Assembly: GCA_047617785.1 (NCBI GenBank)
Contig: JBLGBK010000004.1
Span: 1 to 51,507, forward strand
Direction: 5' to 3'
Length of the DNA stretch: 51,507 nucleotides
Source: Colwellia polaris
GTDB lineage: Archaea > Nanohalarchaeota > Nanosalinia > Nanosalinales > Nanosalinaceae
The notes below the pieces were generated by a model, which was not told the DNA's origin, searched no databases, and worked only from the letters and a program-made list of their open reading frames with translations. Below are positions 19,223 through 27,283 of the stretch, piece after piece. Position 1 is the stretch's first letter, and every line of letters starts with the position of its first letter. The translations under genes and the position numbers were made by a program.

Positions 19223-20680
19223 TCACTCTGTGTTGATTCCTGCTTCGTTTAGTTGTGCTTTCAGTCCGTTCTTCTCCATGTCGCTCATTCCTGTTGAGAC
19301 GTCTGCACTCATTGCGAGGTGTGTACGCAGTCCGATGTTCATTCCTTCCGGTGTCTTGATCGGGCATACACGTCCCCAGTGTGTTGGGTGTAGGTCTCGT
19401 GCTTCGAAGTGCTGTCTGTCGCTTGAAAGCGGTGAAACGATATTTCGCAGGTGTGATAGTGTTTTAATTCGGTTGTTTCTTTCCAGTGTCTGACAAACTC
19501 CTGTTCGTCCTCCAACCCAGTTTCCTGTTGCCATTGCTCCCATGATTTGCTTGCTGAGAGTGTCGGATACAACTGTGGACTGTAGGCTTGGAAGCCGTCC
19601 TCTTTTAGCTGATTTCTGGAAGTTATATTTCATTCGTGCGACCAATCCCCATTTTCCGAGGAAGACGCTTCTGAACTGCATTTCCAGAAGTTCTCCTGCC
19701 AGATTGAGACGCTTGTTTGCATAGTGGTCAATGTCGTCTTCTTTGATGTCGCCTTTTCCTAGGGCTATTGTGTTGCGGATTAGGTTGGCGAGGAACTCTG
19801 CTTTCTCTTCACGGTGTTCTGGTTCCTGTCCTAGGTGCGGTAGAAGGTAGTCGTCTAGGATGTTGGTTACGCGATCTTCTACGTTGTTTGTGATGCCTGA
19901 TTGGTTTGCGATGTATTCAAACGCTTCTTCCTGATCTGTTGCATCTGTTTCGTATAGGTTTAGATAGATATCGGATGCGTATTCTTCTCCGATTGCTTCG
20001 ACAATTTCTTTGTCGGTCTCGTATCCAAGAGCTCTTACTAGCGCAACTGCTGGTGTTTTCTTGACGTTTGCAAAGCTGATGTTTACAATATCTTTATCTC
20101 TGATCAACTGGTGTCTCTGTACGTATCCTGAATTCTCTGAGTTAATTCTACAAGTTTGTTCGCCGTCATCTTCCTGGTAGATTGGCTTGTTGTTTGCCAT
20201 TTCTTCCATAGCGATCAGTGTTTTCTCTGATCCATTGATGATGAAGTATCCTCCTGGATCTTCAGGGTCCTCTCCTTCTTCTCTAAGCTTCTCTTCGTCC
20301 CATTCGCTACTCCAGCAAAGGTCGGAGCCAACCATTACAGGGATTTCTCCGATTGTTACTTCTTCGCTTTCCTGCTGAATTCCCTCAAAGATTGGAGTCA
20401 TTGTGACTTGGATTTCGGCAGAGTATGTTAGGTCTCGCATTCGAGCTTCTCTAGGTGTAAAGTCTCTTTCTGAACCGTCTGCTTCTTTGACGCGAGGTCT
20501 TTTGATGTCAACGTCTACTATTTTTATTACAAGGTCTTCTCCGTCAGGAAGTTCTGGTTCGATTGCCCCAACGTCGTTCAGTATTGCTTGTACGCGCTCC
20601 TCTACGAAGCGGTTGTATGATTCAATTTGATGTTTTACTAGGTTCTGGTCGAGTAATTGGTTTAGGAATTCTTGTTTCAC
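19223..20680 (-). CDS. rpoB2: RNA polymerase subunit B'' (Rpo2N)
   Basis: HQIESYNRF, DPGGYFIING, DIDHYANKRL and ARDLHPTHWGRVCP..TPEG motifs; GTG start with GGTGA SD. Confidence 0.98.
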   Translation of the reverse strand: MKQEFLNQLLDQNLVKHQIESYNRFVEERVQAILNDVGAIEPELPDGEDLVIKIVDVDIKRPRVKEADGSERDFTPREARMRDLTYSAEIQVTMTPIFEGIQQESEEVTIGEIPVMVGSDLCWSSEWDEEKLREEGEDPEDPGGYFIINGSEKTLIAMEEMANNKPIYQEDDGEQTCRINSENSGYVQRHQLIRDKDIVNISFANVKKTPAVALVRALGYETDKEIVEAIGEEYASDIYLNLYETDATDQEEAFEYIANQSGITNNVEDRVTNILDDYLLPHLGQEPEHREEKAEFLANLIRNTIALGKGDIKEDDIDHYANKRLNLAGELLEMQFRSVFLGKWGLVARMKYNFQKSAKRGRLPSLQSTVVSDTLSKQIMGAMATGNWVGGRTGVCQTLERNNRIKTLSHLRNIVSPLSSDRQHFEARDLHPTHWGRVCPIKTPEGMNIGLRTHLAMSADVSTGMSDMEKNGLKAQLNEAGINTE

Positions 20681-20688
20681 GGATTAAT

Positions 20689-20928
20689 TCACCTTTCGAT
20701 AACTCTGCGGTAATAAGTGGTTTTTCCTGCTGTAGGGCTACTCCTTCGGATCTCAATGACGTCGCCAACTTCTACATTATCCATAGACTTGAGGGCGGCA
20801 TCGGTGCGCTCAATTTTCGGAAGATCTTCGATTTCGGCGTCGAATTTCTCTAGAACTTCCTCAATTTCGTCTTCTTCGAGTTTGCGATGTTCGGGAACAG
20901 TTTCGTGGTCGTTAACGTTTATAGCCAT
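20689..20928 (-). CDS. rpoH: RNA polymerase subunit H (Rpo5)
   Basis: HETVPEH...LPKI..TDAA...GDVIEIRRSSPTAG..YYRRV motifs. Confidence 0.98.
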   Translation of the reverse strand: MAINVNDHETVPEHRKLEEDEIEEVLEKFDAEIEDLPKIERTDAALKSMDNVEVGDVIEIRRSSPTAGKTTYYRRVIER

Positions 20929-21037
20929 GTTTTTGGTTGACCTCGGGTGGAAAATCTTGTTTTTGGGAGGCGGCCAGTATCAAGAAATATGGTTCTGCAG
21001 CCCGCCCACGGGTTACAATTATCACCTTTCAGGTAAA

Positions 21038-21046
21038 CTTTAAATA
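21038..21046 (-). promoter_or_regulatory. Probable TATA box of the RNA polymerase operon
   Basis: Minus strand TATTTAAAG about 110 nt upstream of rpoH, implying a leader of about 85 nt. Confidence 0.45.
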
Positions 21047-21225
21047 AGGTGGTGAGCAGTGCCGAAAAGTATTAAAACAGGTCGCAGCAATAACTAGTTT
21101 TTCCGCCTAGAAACTAGAACGTTCTTCTACTTAATCAATCTCTCCTTTCCTTATATTGAGAGTAAAGAAATTGACATTGTTGCTGGATGAGGGATTTTTT
21201 ACTGTTGGTTTTGAAGTATCGTCTT

Positions 21226-21402
21226 ATGAAGGAAAACTTAACTCTAAGCATAACTAGTGATGCCTTAAGCCAAGCACAAGCAGAATTGCTTGATTTTTCT
21301 GACTCCTGCGTCAGATATGATGAGCAAGATAGTGTAGAATCAAAGCCTGAGGTTCTAAAAAAGAACTTGGAAACCGGGTTAATGAAAATACCTAAAAACT
21401 AA
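21226..21402 (+). CDS. Hypothetical small protein (58 aa); N-terminus resembles a ribbon-helix-helix beta strand
   Basis: MKENLTLSIT... ORF ending 10 nt before nucS; host-like composition. Confidence 0.4.
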   Translation: MKENLTLSITSDALSQAQAELLDFSDSCVRYDEQDSVESKPEVLKKNLETGLMKIPKN

Positions 21403-21412
21403 CTGACTAGAA

Positions 21413-22198
21413 ATGAAACTCAAGAAGAACCCTGGTCTTGAAGAAGCAAGAGAAATATTATCCGAGTACTTGAGACGCGACTATACAGTACAGGTCAACG
21501 GACTCTGCTCGGTGAACTATCAAGGCCGTGCAAAATCCAAACTAGATAGAGGAGAACGCATGGTTATCAAAAAACAGGACTCAGCAATTCTGGTTCATGG
21601 GCCGGAAAATTATCAGCCGAAGAACTGGCAGCCGGAAGTAGACTCATACAATGTAGAACTAGATGAGGAACGCAACCATCTGATACTGGAGGCTAAAAGA
21701 AGCAATCCTGAAGAAGTAGTCGAAATCCGGTTTGAAGAATTGGACTTTCTACTAGTAGATCAGATGATTGACAAATCCGACCTGAAGATCGCAGGACATG
21801 AAGTAGATATACACGAATCAATCGAAGAAGAACCAGAGCTAGTAGAAGAAGGGCTTAAGGTAGTTGAACGCGAAAGAGAGACGCCAGCAGGCTTCATCGA
21901 CGTATTCGCCCGAGATAAAAATGACAACTATGTAGTTATAGAGGTCAAGAGAAATCCTGATTACAACACTGTGCTTCAGCTACAGCGATACGTTGACGAG
22001 ATAGATGAAGAATTCGCCGGCAATATACGCGGAATACTGGTTGCACCGAAAATGACGGACAAAGTACTTGATTATCTTGAAGAACGCGACCTCGAGTTCG
22101 TTGAAGTAGATATGGAAGATGTAATAAACTCGTATGAAGCAATAGACAATAGTCAAAAGGGTTTAAGCGATTTCAGTTCTGATTGCGGTTCAGAATAG
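21413..22198 (+). CDS. nucS: Mismatch endonuclease NucS/EndoMS
   Basis: CSVNYQGRAKS, PKNWQP, GFIDVFARD..VVIEVKR and QLQRY motifs. Confidence 0.96.
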   Translation: MKLKKNPGLEEAREILSEYLRRDYTVQVNGLCSVNYQGRAKSKLDRGERMVIKKQDSAILVHGPENYQPKNWQPEVDSYNVELDEERNHLILEAKRSNPEEVVEIRFEELDFLLVDQMIDKSDLKIAGHEVDIHESIEEEPELVEEGLKVVERERETPAGFIDVFARDKNDNYVVIEVKRNPDYNTVLQLQRYVDEIDEEFAGNIRGILVAPKMTDKVLDYLEERDLEFVEVDMEDVINSYEAIDNSQKGLSDFSSDCGSE

Positions 22199-22441
22199 TT
22201 TTTCTCCAACTCTATCATAATGGTCATCTGTGAAGACGACCTGAACTTCTACTCCGCGGTAAGTCTCACTACCTCTATCTACTTGAACCTCTCCAAGATT
22301 CTCAAGGTCTTCAATATCGTCTAAAGACTCTACCTCTCCTGAAGCACCATAGTCAAAACCGTTTAATTCACCGTCAAGTTCGTATAGATCAACACGGTTA
22401 CTGTAATTCTCAAGAGGATCGGTGTCTATTCTGTGCGCCAT
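22190..22441 (-). CDS. Hypothetical acidic protein (83 aa)
   Basis: ATG start, strongly acidic host-like composition, fills the gap convergent with nucS. Confidence 0.65.
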   Translation of the reverse strand: MAHRIDTDPLENYSNRVDLYELDGELNGFDYGASGEVESLDDIEDLENLGEVQVDRGSETYRGVEVQVVFTDDHYDRVGEKLF

Positions 22442-22491
22442 AAGAAAGAAGAAATAGGTGCTGTTTGTTAAATATGTTCTGGAAGGCTCCT

Positions 22492-22689
22492 CTAGAAGTC
22501 CTCGTGGATCCAGTAGGACTCAACTTTCTCTGCGTTGAACCAGATGGTCTCGTTGTCAGCGTCAACCTTTACGAAAGGTTCGCCGACGAACTCTACATTG
22601 TGCAGATGCAGCTCAGCTTCTTCACCGGAATCAAGGCGGATCATAACTTCTCCAAAGTCCGAAAGAGCCTGTTCTAGTCGTTCATACAT
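22492..22689 (-). CDS. Small acidic beta-rich protein, possibly Sm/SH3-like barrel (65 aa)
   Basis: Helix followed by beta strands (EVMIRLDSGEEAELHL...IWFNAEKVESYWIH); host-like codon style. Confidence 0.75.
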   Translation of the reverse strand: MYERLEQALSDFGEVMIRLDSGEEAELHLHNVEFVGEPFVKVDADNETIWFNAEKVESYWIHEDF

Positions 22690-22759
22690 GATTCAATCAA
22701 CTCCATCAAACAATTCTCTGCCGACTGATAAAAGCCTTTCTGCACCACTCAAAAACAGT

Positions 22760-24685
22760 ATGTGCGGAATCGCAGGAGGAGCAAAATCAGAAAAACTGAT
22801 CAAACATATGGATCACAGAGGCAGTGATACCTGCCTGCAGAACGGCTTAGCACACCGACTTCACTCAGTAATCGGCGAACTTGAACAACCAATCGAAGAA
22901 GAGGGAAATCTCACAACCAACTGCGAAATATACAACTGGAAACAGCTTAATGAGGATAATGGCTGGAAGACAGAGAATGATGCGGAAACACTTCTTAAAA
23001 TGCTTGATAAATATGGAAAAGACGCAGTAAAACAACTAGAGGGCATATACGCATTTGCATACAAGACAGAAGATCAAATTATAATTGCACGCGACCTACT
23101 CGGAATTAACCCTGTCTGGTACAGTGAAGATAAATTCGCGTTCGCTTCAGAGAAACAAGCCTTGGAAAAAGAAGGTTTTGAACCTCGAGAACTGAATCCA
23201 CGTCAGATACTTATCTACAACAGAGAAAAAGATGAAATACAGTTTGAAAGCCGCGACTTCTATGATATAGATGAGAAAGAAATCGAACTAGAAGAAGCAG
23301 CGGAAGAAGTAGCTGAGAAATTCCTTGAAGCGATAGAGAAACGAGTTCCGAACACAGAGGTAGCGGTGCTTTTCTCGGGCGGTGTTGACTCAACACTTGT
23401 GGCGGCAGCACTTCAAGAATTGAATAAAGAATTTACAGCATACACTTCAGGAATTCAGTACGGTAATACTTCGAAGCCTAGAGATGTTGAATGGGCGGAG
23501 AAGATTGCTGATAAAATGGATATCGAGCTCGAGGTCAACATGGCGACTCTGGAAGATGTAGAAGAATCGCTACCTAAGATATCTGAATGGCTATCTTCCG
23601 CTAACGTCATCAAGAACAGCGTCGCATTACCTATGCATTTCGCATTAAGCGAGAAAGGAAGTGAAAAAGTAGTTTTCACAGGCCTAGGAAGCGAACACAT
23701 CTACGCAGGATACAGAAGACAGGGAGGATACCTCAACAAGGAATGCCTATCCGATCTCAGAAGCGTATATCATGAGGATCTGTACAGAGATAACGTGGTA
23801 TGCTTCCGGAATGGTAGAGAGCTTCGAGTACCTTTCTTGGACGATGAGCTGGTCCGGCACGCACTCACGCTACCTGAAGAACTGAAAGTGAATGCCGACT
23901 ACCGTAAACTTGTTCTCAGGAAGGCAGCAGAGAAGATTGGTGTTCCGGAAGAAGTTGTGTGGCGTGGGAAAGTCGCAGCACAGTATGGGAGCAACTTTGA
24001 CAAGGCAATCAGCAAATTGGCAAAGGATAACGGCTTTGATCAGAAACAGAAATACCTCAACTCTTTCAGAGAGGTAAAAGACAAGAAACTGGCTGCTCTG
24101 ACTTCGGGAGGTAAAGACTCTAACGCGGCGCTCTACAGAATGCAGAGAAGAAATAATACTATTGAATGCCTTGTATCGCTGACCTCCAGCAACAAGGAAA
24201 GCTACATGTTTGATACTAGGAAACAGGAAGAGGAGCTTGAACGTCAATCTGAAGAACTAGGCATACCGCTACTACTTCAAGAAACAGAAGGAGAGAAAGA
24301 AGACGAACTAGAAGACCTGAGAACAGCACTACGACGCGCCAAAGACAAGTATGGTGTAGAAGGAATAACTGCAGGAGCAATCGAGTCAACTTATCAGCGT
24401 GACCGCGTAGACAAAGTAGCTGATAATCTCGGGTTGAAGGTTTTTGCCCCTCTATGGCAGTTCGATCAGAGTCATTACATGAAATGGCTGGTTAGAAACG
24501 GGTTTAAAGTACAGATAACTAAGGTAGCGGCTCGTGGACTTGATGAAATCTGGGAGGGCAAAGTGTTAGATGAAGAAGGTGTGGAAGAACTCCTTGAACT
24601 GGCGGAGGAGTACAGATTCAATCCTGCAGGCGAAGGAGGAGAGTATGAGACGCGTGTGAAAGGCTTTCCAAATGAGCTAGTCTAA
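22760..24685 (+). CDS. Fusion of glutamine-hydrolysing asparagine synthetase (AsnB-like) and diphthine-ammonia ligase (Dph6/DUF71)
   Basis: True start MCGI (Ntn nucleophile Cys) at 22760. HRG, NCEIYN, ARDLLGINP, SGGVDS and RVPFLD, followed by SGGKDS, SYMF, GAIESTYQ, PLW and AGEGGEYET. Confidence 0.9.
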   Translation: MCGIAGGAKSEKLIKHMDHRGSDTCLQNGLAHRLHSVIGELEQPIEEEGNLTTNCEIYNWKQLNEDNGWKTENDAETLLKMLDKYGKDAVKQLEGIYAFAYKTEDQIIIARDLLGINPVWYSEDKFAFASEKQALEKEGFEPRELNPRQILIYNREKDEIQFESRDFYDIDEKEIELEEAAEEVAEKFLEAIEKRVPNTEVAVLFSGGVDSTLVAAALQELNKEFTAYTSGIQYGNTSKPRDVEWAEKIADKMDIELEVNMATLEDVEESLPKISEWLSSANVIKNSVALPMHFALSEKGSEKVVFTGLGSEHIYAGYRRQGGYLNKECLSDLRSVYHEDLYRDNVVCFRNGRELRVPFLDDELVRHALTLPEELKVNADYRKLVLRKAAEKIGVPEEVVWRGKVAAQYGSNFDKAISKLAKDNGFDQKQKYLNSFREVKDKKLAALTSGGKDSNAALYRMQRRNNTIECLVSLTSSNKESYMFDTRKQEEELERQSEELGIPLLLQETEGEKEDELEDLRTALRRAKDKYGVEGITAGAIESTYQRDRVDKVADNLGLKVFAPLWQFDQSHYMKWLVRNGFKVQITKVAARGLDEIWEGKVLDEEGVEELLELAEEYRFNPAGEGGEYETRVKGFPNELV

Positions 24686-25165
24686 ATTACTTATCATCCA
24701 GTCTTGGATTTCTTCTCCGTTACCGTCGAACTGGAAAACTGCTTCAAACTCAATTCCTTCAAATATCAGAGGCATCCAGTAACGATCATCCGGCCACATC
24801 CTTTCGTACGGTATCTCATCTACAGAAACCCATTCAGGGACTGCTTCCTCAGTTTCTACAGGCTCGCCACTGTATTCATCAGTTATGTAGACATGAACTT
24901 GATGGAAGGGGTTGTCTCCAAAGATAAAGTCGACCTCACCAACTTTCTCCACGTTCTTGGGCGTTACTTCTACCTCCTCCTTTACTTCACGTATAGCGGC
25001 TTCTTTGATTGAGTTGTCCTGAGCCTCAACTTTGCCGCCAGGACCGTTGATATTGCCTTTGCCAATACCTCTTTTCTGCTCGATCAGCAGGACTTCATCC
25101 CTGTCCATTACGTAGCAGAGTGTTGCTATCTCATCGAACTCTTCCGGTTCGTGTTCTCTTTTCAT
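24677..25165 (-). CDS. Nudix hydrolase, MutT/MTH1-like 8-oxo-dGTP diphosphatase
   Basis: NGPGGKVE...AAIREVKEE Nudix box; IPYERMWPDDRYW is MTH1-like. Confidence 0.88.
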   Translation of the reverse strand: MKREHEPEEFDEIATLCYVMDRDEVLLIEQKRGIGKGNINGPGGKVEAQDNSIKEAAIREVKEEVEVTPKNVEKVGEVDFIFGDNPFHQVHVYITDEYSGEPVETEEAVPEWVSVDEIPYERMWPDDRYWMPLIFEGIEFEAVFQFDGNGEEIQDWMISNLD

Positions 25166-25194
25166 AATAGAAAATAGAAATATGACGGGAGGGG

Positions 25195-25899
25195 TTATTC
25201 AGCTACGTCGTTTTCCCATCCTTCAGTAATGATGTTGTCTTCTTCGACTCCTTCTTCATGTAGAAGTTCTTCTGTGTCGACAACCATCTGAGGCACCCCG
25301 CAGATGTAGAAATCCTTGTCATCCATGCTATCCACTACTTCTGGGACGTGTTCTTGGATGAATCCAGTTCTCTTGCTCCATTCCTCGTCGCTGAGGCTGT
25401 AGATTACTTCAAGTTTGTCTTGTTCGGCTTCGAGTTGGTCAAGGCTTTCTTGGAAGATCAGGTGTTCCTGTGTCTTCTCACCGTGGAAGTAGTATACTTT
25501 TCCATTGCCGTTTTCCAGGTAGTCGCGCAGCATAGCGTACATTGGAGTTGCACCTGTTCCTGTAGAAATCAGTACGATATCTCTATCATAATCCTCAATA
25601 TGCAGGTTTCCATGAGGTTCTTCGACTTCAATATTATCGCCTAGTTCGCGGTTGTGCATCCAGACGCTTGCGTGTCCATCGTCGTATCTTTTGATCGCCA
25701 GGCAGAATTTCTCGGTTTCCGGCATCGTGATCGGGGTATATGGTCGTTCAACTTCTTCGCCGTTCTCGTCTTCGAAACGGATTACTGTGTGCTGTCCGGG
25801 TTTGAAATCCCATTCTGCGCCTTCTAGTTCCAGTTGGAACTGTCTTACTGTAGGGGTTATATCATCGAATGACCGAAGTTCGGCATTATCGTAGCTCAT
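25195..25899 (-). CDS. FAD/NAD(P)-binding oxidoreductase, ferredoxin-NADP+ reductase-like family
   Basis: FKPGQH, RPYT, GHAS, PHG, TGTGATP and YICGVPQMV motifs. Confidence 0.92.
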   Translation of the reverse strand: MSYDNAELRSFDDITPTVRQFQLELEGAEWDFKPGQHTVIRFEDENGEEVERPYTPITMPETEKFCLAIKRYDDGHASVWMHNRELGDNIEVEEPHGNLHIEDYDRDIVLISTGTGATPMYAMLRDYLENGNGKVYYFHGEKTQEHLIFQESLDQLEAEQDKLEVIYSLSDEEWSKRTGFIQEHVPEVVDSMDDKDFYICGVPQMVVDTEELLHEEGVEEDNIITEGWENDVAE

Positions 25900-25942
25900 A
25901 ATCTAATAGAAGCTGTCCAACTGTTTAATCCCTTTCGACTCT

Positions 25943-26419
25943 CTAGAATATCAGCGTGAGAAGGAAGACTATAAGCACTGTGAAAGTTAGAAAGGTCTGT
26001 ATAATAGTTGATCCAAGGACCGCGATAGTGGCGTAGACTGCTCCTTTACCGCTTAATTCTCTATCGCCGTGAATAAGGTATTCTCGGATATATACGGTGG
26101 CTGCTGTTAATGCAACCATGCCGATCGGCCCACCGAAGAAGATAAACCCTATTAATCCAGCTAGTCCGGCCATTAGACTGGTTTTATTTGATGCGCCGCC
26201 GTACTTTGCACCTACTGATCCTGCAAGCCAGTCAACGCCTAAAGCGAAAGTTGTGACGATAAATGAGAAGAAGATATAGATCAAGCTAGGTTCTGGATTT
26301 GTAAATATGTAGACAACGGTTGCAAGCAGTGAAAGCAGTGCTCCCGGTACAACTGGCAGTATGCTTCCAATTACACCGCCGATTAAAAGTAAGAGAATAA
26401 TTAGATTTGCTGGTTCCAT
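25943..26419 (-). CDS. DUF456-family membrane protein
   Basis: GSILPVVPG...GAKYGGAS...GPIG pattern; hydrophobic throughout. Confidence 0.8.
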   Translation of the reverse strand: MEPANLIILLLLIGGVIGSILPVVPGALLSLLATVVYIFTNPEPSLIYIFFSFIVTTFALGVDWLAGSVGAKYGGASNKTSLMAGLAGLIGFIFFGGPIGMVALTAATVYIREYLIHGDRELSGKGAVYATIAVLGSTIIQTFLTFTVLIVFLLTLIF

Positions 26420-26459
26420 ACCCGTATGCGGAAGGTCTAGCTTAATGTGCCTTTCGGCT

Positions 26460-26855
26460 TTACTTTCCTGTCTGGTAGAACAGGTAGAATCCGTACGTAA
26501 TGTACACGAATCCTAGTGCTATTCCTCCGTGGAAGAATATGTACCAGAAGCTGCTGTTAAGTCCTAGGAAAGACGGTGTTTCTTGGATATGCCACACAAT
26601 ATGCGGCACCATATTCAATACGAATGTTCCGATTCCTATTCCGATAAAGGTCAGGTACCGTGCTACTTCTCCACCCCATGATCTGGCTGCTAGATAGATG
26701 AAGGCCAGGCAAAGAAGTCCTGCTGGCGCTATCAGAAATGCTGTGGCTCTGAGAGGCCCCTGAACGCCGAACTGTCGTAGTACTCCTATTAGTATTGATA
26801 GTCCGAACATTGCCCCTACGACGGTCCAGTCCTGTTTTGTTAGTAGTTCTCTCAT
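26460..26855 (-). CDS. Four-TM membrane protein with conserved His motifs (paralogue 2)
   Basis: WGGEVAR, PHIVWH, FFH and YGFYLFY..GK motifs; ATGA overlap with the upstream paralogue. Confidence 0.8.
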   Translation of the reverse strand: MRELLTKQDWTVVGAMFGLSILIGVLRQFGVQGPLRATAFLIAPAGLLCLAFIYLAARSWGGEVARYLTFIGIGIGTFVLNMVPHIVWHIQETPSFLGLNSSFWYIFFHGGIALGFVYITYGFYLFYQTGK

Positions 26856-27259
26856 TCTTTACCACCTTTATAGAATACGTAGAATCCCCAGGCCGCTATG
26901 AAGAAGATCAAGGCAGTTGATGCGTGGAAAAATGTTTCTATTGCTGCACCTGAGATAGGCCCGATAGCTCTTACTCCTGTTATGTGCCAATACAAGTGGG
27001 GTAGTATGTATATACCATAGTATCCAACACTGATCGCTACAAGTGCTAGTCCGCGTCCTGCTACTCCTCCTACTAGATTGATCCCTTTGTATACGAAGTA
27101 CATTGCAAATATGACTGAAACGGCGAGTATGAGGTCTCCTAATGCCTCTGTCTGTATAGGCAAATTGAGAACCATGGATATTATTGATCCTGTGAGAAGA
27201 ACTGCTAATCCCGCGCCGATCACTCCAAAGTCTTTTCTAGTAAGAGAGTCTAATACCAC
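26852..27259 (-). CDS. Four-TM membrane protein with conserved His motifs (paralogue 1)
   Basis: VGGVAGR, PHLYWH, FFH and WGFYVFY..GK motifs; alignable end to end with 26460-26855. Confidence 0.8.
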   Translation of the reverse strand: MVLDSLTRKDFGVIGAGLAVLLTGSIISMVLNLPIQTEALGDLILAVSVIFAMYFVYKGINLVGGVAGRGLALVAISVGYYGIYILPHLYWHITGVRAIGPISGAAIETFFHASTALIFFIAAWGFYVFYKGGKE

Positions 27260-27283
27260 AAAATGTCACTTGTATATACTTGC

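Noticed and set aside
19173-19367. Alternate-frame ORF at the rpoB'' end as a possible programmed frameshift
   Set aside because: The translation has no RpoB similarity, rpoB'' ends at the normal split point, and no slippery site is evident.
3139-20853. Many 60-200 aa Ser-rich antisense or alternate-frame ORFs over tuf, fusA and the rpo genes (also 45810-46553 over eif2g)
   Set aside because: They lie within highly conserved genes and are expected from codon bias in an acidic proteome; no motifs.
22535-22759. 75-aa N-terminal extension of the AsnB-Dph6 ORF in the track
   Set aside because: It overlaps a real minus-strand gene, and Ntn amidotransferases need Cys at position 2, so the start is 22760.
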